A DNA stretch of 57,646 bases from Octopus sinensis (lineage: Eukaryota): contig NW_021833854.1 of NCBI RefSeq assembly GCF_006345805.1, forward strand, positions 1 to 57,646. Reading direction: 5' to 3'. Below, one piece after another: positions 1-14,184 of this stretch. Under the pieces are notes generated by a model. The model did not search any database and was not told the origin of the DNA. It worked only from the letters and a program-made list of their open reading frames with translations. The position numbers and the translations under genes were made by a program. The first letter of the stretch is position 1. Every line of letters begins with the position of its first letter.

Positions 1-470
1 TTACGAAGAACCTCCACACATTATGATTATGAAAAAAGAATATAAAAACGAGAAAGAGAAATAAAATATGGTAAACAAACGTATTAAATTGAAATAACAT
101 CCAAGACTGAAACAAAAAAAATGGCTAAGAAACATGTATCTCACCAGAACCACCTGTTTTGGGATGCGAAACGAAAGAAGTCAATACTCCTGTTTAATTT
201 CTAAGATTCCTTATTTTTTGAAAAAGATCCTTCCTTTAGAATATTGGGCAAAGTCTTAAGCAATGTCAAGATGATGTATTAGTGTATCGCTAACACATAT
301 TCTCAGATCTCAGCATCAGAATTCTGACATTCCTTTAATTAATGTTGATATTGACGGTGATAGTAACGTTCTCTCCTGCTCTGTGAATGGAAAATTCATT
401 ATAGTCAAACTGCAACTGAAACAACTAACAACAACAACAACAACAACAACAATAATAATAATAATGATAA

Positions 471-504
<34 letters not shown>

Positions 505-525
505 TGTTGTTGTTGTTGTTGTTTC

Positions 526-564
<39 letters not shown>

Positions 565-573
565 CGTAGTAGT

Positions 574-940
574 AGAGAGCACAAAGCTAGAGAGCGCAAA
601 GCTCTGCCAAGGCAACACCAATGTCCTCTCAACGATTAGCCAGAGGTGATTTTTAAAATACGAATATCGGAAATAAACTGGACCTTCTCTCTCAAACGCG
701 AATACTAAAAATTAACCTGACCACTCCCAAAAATTAAATAAATAACCGGAAAAATAATCCAGAATCCTTGTCCGGTACCGGATCGATCCCAAAATCTATT
801 CAGTCCATGCCAGTCACGAGGGCAAAGACCCTTGCAAGTTTCATCCGAATCCATCCAGCGATTCTTGAGATATCTTGTCCACGGACAAGCAAACACGACT
901 GAAAACAATACCTCCGCCTTCGCTAAGGTGGAGGTAATAA
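574..940 (-). mobile_element. Helentron/HINE-like non-autonomous element
   Basis: Minus strand begins TTATTACCTCCACC-TTAGCGAA-GGCGGAGGTA (terminal hairpin), has an internal GGATTCGGATGAAACTT motif and ends CCTTGGCAGAGCTTTGCGCTCTCTAG, a layout I recognise from Helentron-associated elements; it sits between simple repeats. Confidence 0.6.
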
Positions 941-999
941 TAATAAGAAGACTAAGACGAAGAAGAATTTCTACTATAGGAACTAGGAGAGCAATTTTG

Positions 1000-1170
1000 A
1001 GGGGTTATGGGGAAATCGGTTTTACTGACATCAGTACTTGATTGGTACATTTTATTGACCCCGAAAGACCGAGACCACCTTGGCGAAATTTCAACTCAGA
1101 ACTTAAAGAGTCGAAAGAAATAACCCCTGAGCATTTTGTGCGACGTGCTAGCAATGTGACAGCTAATCAA
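1000..1170 (-). mobile_element. Degenerate SINE (family A)
   Basis: Diverged match to the motif GGTACTTATTTATCGACCCCGAAAGG...GAATTTGAACTCAGAAC seen in other copies in the window. Confidence 0.6.
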
Positions 1171-1540
1171 CAGCAATGGTGAAGAGAATGTTGATGACGT
1201 TAATGGTTGGTGATGGTGGTGGTGTTACTGTTGGCGGTACTGGCGATGGTGGGAAAGGTGATGGTGGTGGTAATGATGATAATGAGGATGATTGCAATTT
1301 AAGTGCAGGGCCAGTAGCTTTGCAAGATGTGAGTTAATTGATACAATGGAAGCCATTAGACTTGACCGTTACAGGTTTAAGCAATGGTTTAAGTTTGAAA
1401 GGGAACGTTGGGTTCTAATCCGAACGTGCTCAACTGAAGTCCTTTCTAGGGGACGGTAAAAGAAAGACCCAGTCTAGTACTGATATCAATGACATTGATT
1501 TACACTCCCACCTCTCAAAACAAAAATTATAATAGTATCA

Positions 1541-1605
<65 letters not shown>

Positions 1606-1857
1606 ATAAAAGAATTAATTATTATTATTATTAAATTCAAATTACGATGAACGTAAGCAAACAAACGAAATTTGCTTTAGAAGCGTTGAGATGTCTTGGA
1701 AAGTTAAAGAAGAGATTTTAAACTTTCAAACGTATGTTAATGCTAATAATATAGCCGAACAGGATAAGCTAACCCTATTTTGCAAAAAACGTGTTGGCGC
1801 CGGCTCGGCCACCAACACTTTTTTTGCAAAATAGGGGTAGCTTATCCTGATCAGGCA

Positions 1858-1910
<53 letters not shown>

Positions 1911-2277
1911 CATTTTGCTTTGACTTCTCAGAGTTCTTCATTTCACTTGCTCTGGCGAATTCTGCAAGAACTCAGAGTCTCTTTTTACGATACTTAACAA
2001 CCAAGCGCCAATCTCAAAATCTTCGCTGCCGCCCAGTAGAGCAGTTCAATCCTCACTGTCCCCAGTGAAGCAGCTTATCATCATCACCATCATCATCATC
2101 ATCATCATCATCACCATTATTATTATTATGGTATACCATGTAAACTTTCACTTTTTATCGTTTCATTATATGTTAACACCCACACTTTAAGAAGTCTGTC
2201 TTTGCTCTGGTGAAAATCATAAGAAATCATCATTATTATCTTTGGTGGTGGTGGTGGTGGTGGTGGTGGTGGTAGTA

Positions 2278-2319
<42 letters not shown>

Positions 2320-2469
2320 TAATTGGCTAGAGGAGTGATGGACTGGGGATATTGTAAAACCGAATAAAAAGAGCAGTGTTGTGGTTTACCTAGGTTAAGG
2401 TACAAAATAACAAAAGATATAGGAAGGGGTATATATGTGGGTATGAATATATATTACGAATGTGTGTAT

Positions 2470-2740
2470 ATGTGGGTATATATGGTGGTTGTCTACTCAT
2501 TACGCAGAGTCTGACCACCTCTTGTGCCTACATCTTAGATCTATCATGACTTTTAAAACCAGACAATGTTTAGAGAAAACACCCACATAGATTGCATATC
2601 CGATTTGGACCACCAAAAGCTGCAGTGAAGGTCTGACCTTTGTGGGTCTTAAAATGTTTTTTGAAGCCTCCCTTAGAATTGCAGACCTTATGGCATACAC
2701 AGTATTGAAAGCTGTGCACCGATATATAGGCCGAATATAA
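2470..2740 (-). mobile_element. 3' end of an RTE-type LINE with two decayed C2H2-like fingers
   Basis: Minus frame reads YCVCHKVCNSKGGFKKHFKTH...ICNLCGCFL*TLSGFKSHDRSK, similar to the C-terminus of the RTE at 30245-31090, with a similar 3' UTR (GGTGGTCAGACTC...AACCACCATATA). Confidence 0.6.
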
Positions 2741-3206
2741 ATCATGAGAGGTGTATATGTGTGTACTTATAATTAATTTTTTAAGCCAAAACAGTGCAAG
2801 TTATCAGAAATAATAAAAGTCGATGGTTTGTAATTTAACCAAGTATTTTAATAATTCGAGTTAGAACCTCCTCTTCAGTACATCTTCAGAGAAATGATGT
2901 AGTGAGCTGAATTCTCTGTTCTGTAGTGTGTGTGTATATATGTGGTAAGTGTCTGAGTGTTTGTATGTAGTATGTGAGTATGTATATATATATAGTATAT
3001 ATATATATATATATATATTATGTATATATGTGATGGTGTATATTATATATTGTGTGTGTGTATATATATATATAGTATATATATATAATGACTAATAATA
3101 TATATATATTAATATATATATATATATATATACCTATATATATAACTAATATAATATTATACACATTATATATATATACACACCACACACACATATCTAT
3201 ATATAT

Positions 3207-3244
<38 letters not shown>

Positions 3245-4131
3245 GATATATATTATATATATATAATATATATATATATATAAATGTGCATAATAAGAGA
3301 AAGAGGAAGTATATCAAATATGTACAAGTTATGTCTTCATTCATTACAATGATCTCTTCTAGATGTCTTATAATTAGCAAATTGGCAATACGGACCAGTT
3401 CTGTAGGAGAACGGGAAATAAACTCCGGAATCAAGATTCGTTACACTCTTAAGTGGCAACGTCATTAAAGAAAAGGAAGGTTTATTGTTGGACACTAGGA
3501 GGAGAGTCGGTGACATATATTTCTGCCTTAATAAGCGTCGTCAGCATCACACGAAAATTGCCCTGTTCTACTTCCAACAGCCAACAGACATAGAAATACA
3601 CAAAAAAATGTGAAAAGTCAACTTGCATAAATTAGTCAAAAAACAGTAAAGAGAACGAGTAGCATGCACGTGAACGGCGTAGACAAATACAAGTAAATGA
3701 AATCTCATGAAGTATGGATTCCTGATTTATTGAGACTTCGCTTCAAGAGGATGTGTGACAATTGCTAACTGGCAATTCAGACAATATGTATGTATGTATG
3801 TAGTATGTATGTATGTATGTATGTATGTATGTATGTATGTATGTATATATGTAGTATGTATGTATGTATGTATGTATGTATGTATGTATGTATGTATGTA
3901 TGTATGCATGTATGTATATATGCATGCATATATGCATGTATGTATGTAAGTACCTATGTATGCATGTATATGGGAGAGAGGGAGAGAGACAAAATTTATA
4001 AAATGTCAGACTGAAAATGCATTGGGGTCGATAAGATGTTCCAGCAAGGCCGCAGTCCAGTGACTACAACCAGAGAAAGAATATAAAGAAAATTAACATA
4101 GCATATACATGTACACACACACACACACACA

Positions 4132-4172
<41 letters not shown>

Positions 4173-4579
4173 ACGTACACGCACACATGAAAACACAGGT
4201 TCAGTGTTTGCATTCGTCAGCCGTGGGAAAAATATTGTCGCTTAATTCTAATCAGATAGATTAATACCTAGATAGAGGGCAAAAGAGAGGATGATAAAGA
4301 GAGAGAGAAAGAGAGACAGAAATAAGGGATAGATAGGTAGATAGATGGATAGACAGATATAAACAGGTATGCATATATGCGATCATACAATTGTGCGTAT
4401 ATAATATGCACATATACACATACTTACATGCACACACATCGACACATACGTACTTTTACATATATACATATCATCCTGTAAACACATACACATACAGAGA
4501 AACATACATATTCTTAATTTCTTGTTATCAGAAAAATTACATTATATTTCAGATACTTATTTATATATATAAACACACA

Positions 4580-4634
<55 letters not shown>

Positions 4635-4853
4635 TACACATACATACTATATGAATCTACCCATATACACATATGCCTCAGGAGCTGTACCCAAAATCAC
4701 AACCTCACAAATAATTATATGGATACAAACGTGTATATGTATACACACCGAATATATCTATATATACACACACACACATACATTCATATACACACACACA
4801 CACTCATATATGTACGTATGAATATACACATTTTCATATATATATATATATAC

Positions 4854-4932
<79 letters not shown>

Positions 4933-5559
4933 TATATACACACACATGTATATATATATATATTATATATATATATACATATACATATATATATACCACA
5001 CACACGCACCATGTGCATATTGTTGTCAGTTTTTATTGCTCTAATCAACACTGCTTTCTCAGTTAATCCTTCACCAAACCTTATCCGAAATTATTAAAGC
5101 GGTTGGAAACCTTAAATCATTCCAGATGTCTTGCTCCGCCCTAACCGCACCCTCATTTTGATCCTCTCTCTGTCTCTCACACACTCTTCTTCTCTGCTTC
5201 TATCTTAATCTATCTTCTTCTCACTCACCCTTCTCTTTCCCTTGCCCTCTTTCTCTCTCCCTCTATCTCTCTCTCCTTCTCTTTCTCTCTTTCTCTCTCT
5301 CCCTACCTATCTTCGTACTTCTCACACACTCTGTATTTCTGTCGCACCTTCTCTCATCACTCTCTGTATCTATTCGTGTGTATATAGAGTATATGGATAT
5401 ATATACATATATAAATATGTACACACACACACACAAACACCACACACACAGACAAACACCACACACACACACACACACATTCACACACAAATATATATCG
5501 ATTGATTGAGTAATTGATAGATTAATACAGGCATACATATACGATGTACATAAAGCTGG

Positions 5560-7010
5560 TACCGTCAACATCAGACGTGCAGGCGTAGAGGCACGTTTAA
5601 AAAATATTTTTCGGCCATTTCCTTTTACATTTATGCCGAGTCCTCCAACCTAAATCAGTAACTGCTTTATTTCTCCGGTTATAGATAAGAGAAGCACCTT
5701 TTACCTACCAACGTTGCGCTATTCAGACCGGGTTTTAAAAACATACCTTATACCACATGGAATTTCGCTAACACGATCATTGCTCTGAAGCTAACGACCC
5801 CACCACCGACGAAAACAGTACTACAGTACTAGTGAGCTATCCAAGAAGACATAAGTGCTCTATTCCTCTGACTTGGACTCTACAACTAAACCAACATCTA
5901 CTTCGATGCTATGAAAAAGCCTGTGAATGCCCTTCTAGCGGACATATGAAGCGGTTAAAGGTATACTGGGAGGAATCTTAGCCGAACGTAAGCACCTTTA
6001 CTGCGAAACAGCTTCGACAACAAGCATCATTTTTAAAGAGAAAAATGATTTGCTCTCGCGATGCAAATCGATATTCTCAAAATACTGAGAATTGGCCAAA
6101 ACCTGCCAAAAGAAAGATCGAAAATAATGGGAACAAACCGCCGCCATCATTAAATCCTCTCCAAATGTAGTTGAGTCAACAGCGACAACCTTTGAATATC
6201 TTCAACTCTCCTGAAACCACAGTTCATAGAGAACTTTTCTACTTTTTCAAAACTATCGTTAAGTAACAGGTCATTCTTAACAGGATTAAGAAAATATCCA
6301 ACAGCTCTAAATGCTTAAAGTTATCGACGATGCCGCAGGAGAGCTCATGGAATCATGTGATGTTAATTACTGCAGTCTTAATACCCTCATACACACGACT
6401 GTTATAACTCTTAAAGAACACCTAAGAGAAATCTGCAGCATACATCATAATGAAAGTATTAAACTGAAACAGCTTACATGGAAAGCAATACTTGAAGAAA
6501 ACATCAACAATCTACGCCACCTTATTAGAGGTTAACAACGATAATAAAATGTAAGAAGAACAATGAGTTTACATCTCATCAGTCACATCCTTTAAACAAA
6601 TTAACAAAATGGTAGCGTGACTCTTCACAACAAGCTCTTGAAGGCAGGTTAATTACTCTAAAACACGAACTCAGGTCTCTGAGTGTAAAATCTTCGCTAA
6701 TGCAAACCAACTTTTTAACGAGTCAGTATAAATCACAAATTTGCTTCTAATCCACCGACAGTATATAGAGAGATGAAGAAGGAAAATATTACCGCTAAGA
6801 AATTCCCCTCTTAAGAAGATTTTGAATTATTCTGGTTGAAAATCTGGAACAAAAGGGGGAATCTCAACCTCAGAGCATCGAAGCTAAATGCAATAATGAG
6901 AGAACACTGTACCAGCATCAACAGCAAAACAAATGCAATTGAATGACGCAAAAAGTAACATGGAGGCTGTACTTCCGATATGTAACGGAAAGACAAACCA
7001 CGCATGGACA
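5560..7010 (+). mobile_element. Decayed 5' part of an R4/Dong-like non-LTR retrotransposon
   Basis: Broken frames give TWTLQLNQHLLRCYEKA...GHMKRLKVYWEE...TAKQLRQQASFL, LTWKAILEENINNLRHLI and VYREMKKE...EDFELFWLKIWNKKGNLN, motifs typical of the N-terminal half of the R4/Dong ORF; many stops and frameshifts. Confidence 0.65.
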
Positions 7011-7068
7011 CAGACACCGCTCTGTGTGCGTGTATGGGGGCAAGTGTGAGCGAGTATTTGTGTGCATA

Positions 7069-7117
<49 letters not shown>

Positions 7118-7267
7118 GTTTAGTAAAATTTAGATTCAGTTGAATATGGTACTTAAGTTAAAGGCACCAGAATTTAGTATGGTCTTATCCATCGTACTGC
7201 ATTACCTCTGAATATCCTTGTTGTTTATTTTGATTATATATATATGGCGGCGTACGTACATTTTGGT

Positions 7268-7315
<48 letters not shown>

Positions 7316-7399
7316 TACTTACATATATATACACAGACATATATACGCATATTTTTTTCTTTACTAGAGGCCATGCTATGCATATAACCAAATATATAT

Positions 7400-7730
7400 A
7401 TATATATATATATATATAAGGCAAAGAGCGTCGGGCTCACAGTCATCAGGTAATGAGTTCGATTCCCTAATCAGGCTGTGTGTTGTGTTCTTGAGCAAGA
7501 CACTTTATTTCACGTTGCTCCAGTTCACTCAACTGTAGAAATGCATTGTGTCCAAGCTATATCAGCCTTTGCCTTTCCCTTGGATAACATTGCTTGGATG
7601 GAAAGAGGAGGCTGGTACGCATGGGCGACTGCTAGTCTTCCATAAACAATCTTGCCCAGACTTGTGCCTCAAAAGGGGACTTTCTAGGTGCAATCCCATG
7701 GACATTAACGACTGAAAGCGACCTTTACCC
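7400..7730 (+). mobile_element. tRNA-derived SINE (family C)
   Basis: B-box GAGTTCGATTCC followed by TTCTTGAGCAAGACACTTTATTTCACGTTGCTCCAGTTCACTC; the head is shared with 38765-38950 and the body with 20395-20655. Confidence 0.7.
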
Positions 7731-7742
7731 TTTAAATATATA

Positions 7743-7775
<33 letters not shown>

Positions 7776-8057
7776 GCATATGCATAAGTAAAAGGATAGC
7801 ATTTGAGATTAACACAGACTTAATATAAATATATTTATATGGCGCGCAAAAATTACATATTTATACATTGTGTGTGTGAGTGTGTGTTTGTGTGTATGTA
7901 TATAATCCCTAATCCATTTTACCCCCTTTAAGTTTATATCTCACACACTTATACACTAAAATCAATCTCTGCTCTCAATATCTTTCTTTCCCTCCTCTCG
8001 CCTTCTATGTTTCTATCACCTTCTCTCTCTCTCTCATTCTCTCTCTCTTTCTCTCTT

Positions 8058-8123
<66 letters not shown>

Positions 8124-8457
8124 GCACACACAGTTACACAAACATAAATATATATACTCAGACATACATGCATATACATAATAAAAATATACATACATAT
8201 ATACATATATATACATATATATACATATATATACATATATATGCGTGTGTGTGTGTGTGTGTGTGTGTGTAATACAAAATTAAGGATAAAATCATTTAAT
8301 GGTTTTATCAAGTGACAAGCATATAGTGTATAAATTGTATAAATATATATATATATATATTATATATATATATATTATATATATATATATATACACATAC
8401 ACACACACGCGCGCACGCACGCACACACACGCACAGACACACACACACACACACACA

Positions 8458-8498
<41 letters not shown>

Positions 8499-8883
8499 AC
8501 CAATTAATAGCTGAGTGGCAGGAAACCTGTTTCCCATCCGGTAGACTTCTCTAAACAACAAAATCAAGCGATTTTGCTGAAGTGAATCCAGGAATTAAAC
8601 GCGTGAGAAAAGGATAAGAAAGTGGCGGAGGAGGGTAGGGGAAGGAAAGGGAAAGAATGGAATTGTTGTGAAGGGAGGTGGATAGGCGGGTGGGTGGGTG
8701 GATCAGAGGTGCAGGGAGTTTGGTAAGACCCTCTTACCCTTGCTGGGTTCCTACCACCATTTTTTTTTCTGAATTCTCTCTCCTTTCTCTCTCTCTCTTT
8801 CACTCTTTCTCATTCATATTCTTCCGCTGTGTCTCTCTTTCTCTCTATCTCTCCTTTCCTTTGTCTCTCTGCCAGTCTGTCTG

Positions 8884-8941
<58 letters not shown>

Positions 8942-9300
8942 GCTCTCTTTCTGTGAATATTTCCGTGTTTTGCTTCTAAATGTTGTTCTTATTATGACCC
9001 CCACTCCCCAACTAGGTGAGTCCTGCTCGAGGAGACAGGCCAGACGTATCCTTTAGCTTTTACCGGTTTCAGTCATTGGACGGCGGCCAGGCTGGTGTAC
9101 AGCATTAATGGGTTTAGTTTAAGAAAGTGACCACGGTATATTTTGGCTTGTCTGCGTCCCCACAAATTCGGGTTCAGCAAAAGAGATAAGAATACTTTTT
9201 AGTTTAGTGCTTATTATATCAATCGCTTTTGCCGGACCCCAAGTTACAGTGACGTAAACAAACCAACTCTAGTTGTCAAGCGGTGTGGAGATCATTTTCG

Positions 9301-10490
9301 GATCTATTCCATCTCAATTACAGATTTTTTAATTAATTATTTTTAACTAAACAGTTTGAAACTTCGAATACTGGTAGAATTTCTCACGTAGAACACAGTT
9401 TACTCAAAACGTTTTTGACAAAATTTCCTCTTTTAGAAGTTATTTCGTGTTGATGTTGTCGTATTTGGGTAATTTCAGCCAATCAACGACGTGTATTCGG
9501 TTGACGAAAGCTACTGCTGTTTGCGAGAGTAATCGAAGAGTAACAACTTCCGGGTCATCTCTTCTAAATGTCACCACTCTGTTCGATTCGTCACCTTTAT
9601 CTTTCCTTTCTTTCTAGTCAGCACCGTGCATTCCTTATTCTTTCCCTCCCTTATACACTATCAACTAGCAACCAACGAGTGAATTTATCCCTGCCACTAC
9701 AATTACCGTATTTTCCGGTGTATAAGCGACTATTTGTTTTGTTTTACCTTTATTATTCGATAATGTTACTTCTAATCTAATAAATACTTTTATATTTATT
9801 TCTTTATTGCCCACAGGGGGCTAAGCAGGGAGAGGACAAAGAAGGACAAACAAAGGGATTAAGTCAATTACATCGACCCCAGTGCGTAACTGGTACTTAT
9901 TTTATCGACCCCGAAAGTATGAAAGGCAAAGTCGACCTCGGCGGAATTTGAACTCAGAACGTAACGGCAGACGAAATACTGCTAAGCATTTCGCCCGGCG
10001 TGATAATGATTCTGCCGGCTCGCCGGCTTAGTAAAGACTTTTATATTAACGAAATGTGTTTGTAATTGACTATAGTAAGATAAAATCATGACAATAATAA
10101 TCCATCTCAGTTGTAAAATAAGGCATTTTGAAACTACAAATACGTCAACAACAAAAATGCTAGCTGCGGACTCGTTGCTCTGTGATGTTGATTCTTCGAA
10201 CAGGGTGGTGACATTTAGTAGAGATGACCCAGAAGTTGTTCCTCTTCGATTACTATCGCAAACAGCAATAGCTTTCGTCAACCGAATACACGTCGTTGAT
10301 TGGTTGAAATTACCCAAATACGACAACTTTAATACGAAATAATTACTAAAGTGGGAACTTTTGTCAAAAGCATTCAGAGTAAACTGTGTTCTACTTGAGA
10401 AATTCTACCAGTATTCGAAGTTTCAAACTGTTTAGTTAAAAATAATTAATTTTAAAAATCTGTAATTGAGATGGAATAGATCTCCAATTT
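9301..10490. mobile_element. Long-TIR fold-back/MITE-like element with a nested SINE
   Basis: 9301-9590 and 10196-10490 are reverse complements of about 290 bp (GATCTATTCCATCTCAATTACAGA... / ...TCTGTAATTGAGATGGAATAGATC); no transposase inside. Confidence 0.8.
9790..10030 (-). mobile_element. SINE family A with Tx1-like tail
   Basis: B-box GAGTTCAAATTCC, central GTCGACTTTGCCTTTCATACTTTCGGGGTCGATAAA (resembles the Deu/Nin SINE domain) and tail ...TGTGGGCAATAAAGAAATAAAT. Confidence 0.85.
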
Positions 10491-10753
10491 TCATAGATGA
10501 GCGGTCATGAAAAGCTTTGAGTTAAGTTCTAGATGGGGCTTTTTCAGCTTCAATAAAATAACACTTTACTCTACCTTGGTATTCGAGTACTATTTCTCCA
10601 TTTTGTTTTGCACGTATGTGTTCTCAAACGTGTGTGTATATATATATATACTACACACATAGTGAAAGGGTAACTGTTGGTGGTTGTTTTCTGAGTGGAA
10701 GAAGTTGGTGGTGGCAGTGTTGATGTGGTAGAGTTGAAGCAGCGATAATTCTT

Positions 10754-10785
<32 letters not shown>

Positions 10786-10959
10786 CGTTGTCGGCGGTAG
10801 TGGTGTCGTACTGTGCAATGTTTGTAATGGCGACGAATATTAGAGATAAGGTAGATGAGCTATGATGACGATGACGATGATCATGATGATCATGATAGTG
10901 TTTAATGATAATGGGGGTGACATTGTAGGTGCTGCTGTTGTTGTTATTGTTGTTGTTGT

Positions 10960-11005
<46 letters not shown>

Positions 11006-11282
11006 GTTGGTGGTGATGATGATGATGATGGTGATGATGATGGTGATGATGATGATGATGAGCTTGAGAGTGTGACAATAAAAGCCATCAACAGCGACAT
11101 CAAAATGATAAAAGGACAAAGAAGTGATCCATCACCTATTTTAGTGTGTGGCCATAAAACAGACTGGAAGAGAAAGATTTCGAGTGACTGGCGGAGAGGT
11201 CATTAGGAGAGGCAGATACGACGACGACGACGACGACGACAGCAGCAGCAGCAACAGCAACAACAACAACGTCAACAGTATT

Positions 11283-11430
11283 ATCTTTCTTTACTACCCA
11301 CAAAGGGCTAAACATAGCGAGGACAAATAAGGACAGACAAAGGGATTAAGACGATTACATCGACCCCAGTACGTAACTGGTACTTTATTTATCGACCCCG
11401 AAAGGATGAAAGGCAAAGTCGACCTCGGCT
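11283..11430 (-). mobile_element. Partial SINE family A
   Basis: Central domain and Tx1-like tail as at 9790-10030; tRNA head missing. Confidence 0.8.
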
Positions 11431-11794
11431 AACGTCAACAGCATTAGCAAAACGGCAACAAAAACTACGGTCAAGTTGTTGTTCGATTAAAACCCTTCAG
11501 CGTGATGCACCAGCATGGCCGCAGTCCAAAACTGAATTAAGTAAAACGATAAAAGAGTAAAAGAACATTTTAAAGAAAAACACGAAAATACATTTGTAAT
11601 TGTCATAGTTTGAAGACATTTGATTGCAGATCAGCGATTGGTCCCTGAACCAACACCAACACACCACTACCAATACTATAACTACTACTACTGCCGCTGC
11701 TGCTGCTGCTGCTGCTGCACTTCAGCGTCACCATAAACACCGACGTCCATACAAGCACCGTTAATTAAAACTAGCCTGATAACCTTAAAATGGG

Positions 11795-11995
11795 ATTCAA
11801 ATTTTGGCACAAAGCCGGCAATTTCAGGGGAGGGTTAGTACCAGTGGTACTAACGGGTACTTAATTTATCGACCCCGAAAGGATGAAAGGCAAAGTCGAC
11901 CTCGGCAAAATTTGAACTCAGAACGTAAAGGCGGACGAAATGCCGCTAAGCATTTTGTCCGACGTGCAAACGATTCTATCACTTCGCCGCCTAAA
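11795..11995 (-). mobile_element. SINE family A, alternative tail
   Basis: GAGTTCAAATTTTGCC B-box and central domain; tail AATTGCCGGCTTTGTGCCAAAATTTGAA. Confidence 0.85.
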
Positions 11996-12021
11996 TAATC
12001 ATCTTATTATTATCACCAAAA

Positions 12022-12195
12022 GGCGTTGGTGTGGCAGAAACGTTAGCACGCCGGGCGAAATGCTTAGCGGTATTTCGTCTGCAGTTACGTTCTGGGTTCA
12101 AATTCCGCTGAGGTCGACTTTGCCTTTCAGTTCATCCCTGGCATAGATGTAATCGATTTACTCCCGAAATTGCTGGCCTTGTGCAGAAATATGAA
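12022..12195 (+). mobile_element. SINE family A, internally deleted
   Basis: TGGCAGAAACGTTAG A-box-like head, GGGTTCAAATTCC B-box and AAATTGCTGGCCTTGTG tail. Confidence 0.85.
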
Positions 12196-12217
12196 ATCGT
12201 TGTATTATCACCAATGA

Positions 12218-12435
12218 AGGCGGCGAGTTGGTAGAATCGTTGCTGCTCCGGGGAATATACGTAGCGGCATTTCGTCCATCTGCACGTTCTGAGTTCAAAT
12301 TCTGCCGAGGTCGACTTTGCTTTTCATTTTTTTTTTTTCGGACTCAAAAAATACATACCAGTTACATGCAGGAGTTGGTGTGATTCGCTTGCCTCGTTCC
12401 ACGAAATTACTGGCCTTTTATCAAAATTTGAAATC
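12218..12435 (+). mobile_element. SINE family A
   Basis: GGCGGCGAGTTGGTAGAATCG head, GAGTTCAAATTC B-box and AAATTACTGGCC tail. Confidence 0.8.
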
Positions 12436-14184
12436 GAGAATGTAGTATTTTTCATTCGCAAAATCTGCATTTATTAAAAGACAGTAAAATATCTGAAAAT
12501 CGGCTATAATAACGTAGCCTTCCAGTCTCGTTGCTTTAAAGGTATGATGTTGTAGAGAAAAAAGAAATTGGAGGAAAATGTTACAGAGGTTTTAAAATCG
12601 AAAAACTGTATATTTTTAGCCAATAGCGAGACAGAGATTTTCTGCGTTTAGCAGAACAGTGTCAACTTTAAGGTTGTACCCTGTGTAATTTATAGTTTAG
12701 CGTCTGACCCGTTCATTGTAGGTTTCTACATAAACAGAAATACCTGACAAAATCAACATGTATCATATTACTGTTTCTTTTGTCATTGATTGTATTGTAT
12801 GGTTCATTATTTTTTTTAATTTGTTGTATTTGTCTGCATGTGATTACTTTATGCGTAATTCAGTTTTAAGTATACCTGCCGTGTATTTATGTACATCATT
12901 AATATATAAGTGTATGTATGTATGTGTGTGTGTGTGTGTGGTGTGTGTGTGCGCGCGCGTGAAAAGGGGGCGTCTGTCTCCGAAGCTACAAAGTTGAGTA
13001 ACGCTTCCACGCTTGGATTTGTAAGCTATAATAAGAATAACACTGGTCAACAAAGAATTTATCTCAAGGAAAAGAATACCTGTATCTGGTATGTTTTGGC
13101 ATGCAGGATTCAAAAATAATGTCAAATTATCTGTATCACCCACAGTTTCTCTGTTCCATGATATCCCTCTCAGTTCCTGTTATGTGGGCTAGATTTCAAT
13201 TAAGCTGTTGAAATGTAAAGCTAACGGTTTAATAAATACTCCTAATTAAAATTTTTATGAATAGAATTAACCTAGTAAAATCATAAATCCAGCTATTTGA
13301 GTCAATGAGTCCCCAAAATATATGAAATGAAAAATATGTAAAAATATTTCGTTTTTGGATTTGGTTTGCAGGATTCTTTATATGAGTTCCTGTGTTGAAG
13401 CATATTCTGTTGTGTCTGGGGAGGGTCATTTTCTTTTTGTGCCTTATTATGTAACACACTCACTGGTAAGATTTCCACTTATTTCTTATTTTTATTTTCC
13501 TAAAATTTTCGTTGCGTCTTGCAACCTTTTCAATAGTCTTGACTCTGTCCGTTATTTACCCTGCGTTCCTTTTTTGTTTGTTTGTGTGCATGTGTGGGGA
13601 TGAGTGTGTGTGTGTGTGTGCCTATGTATGCATGTACGTATGTATGTGTATATGTATGTATGTATGCATGTATGTATATATGTATGTGTGTGTGTGTGCA
13701 TCTGTATGCATGCATTCTGCATATTCATGTGCTTGCATGTCCGTGTTTGTGTATTTTCTATGTATGTGTGTGTGAGCGTGTATTTGTATATGTATGCACC
13801 TCTGTCTCCTTGTGTGTGCATGTCTGTGTGTGTGTGTTTTGCAACTATGTACCATGTTTGTGTGTATGGATGTGCATCTCTATATGTGTGGACCCGTGTC
13901 TCCATATGTGTCCTTGTGTGGAGTAAAGTGTGTGTGTATATATGTTCATGCGTTTCAGTCTCCATTTGCATGTGCGCTTGTCTGTCCTCATAACCTATGT
14001 ACCTATCCGTCTGTATGTTGATCTGTTTATTTTCCTATCCATATGCTTACATACAAAATATATATATGTGCATACACAAACACTCACACCAACACACCCA
14101 CACATACATACATCTATCTACACAACAGTCCACTAACTATTCTTCCCTACCTGTGTAAACTGTGGGTATGGAGGTATGATATCT

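Noticed and set aside
1-360. Possible Penelope-like coding remnant at the window start
   Set aside because: Only weak resemblance (IPYF...) amid many stops; not assignable.
3506-3550. Minus-strand CUGACGA...GAAA-UAUAUG-UC motif
   Set aside because: C-A mismatch at the base of stem II and no stem I pairing; at most a relic.
9000-9025. Strong donor site CTAG|GTGAGT
   Set aside because: No upstream acceptor or coherent coding frame; flanked by repeats.
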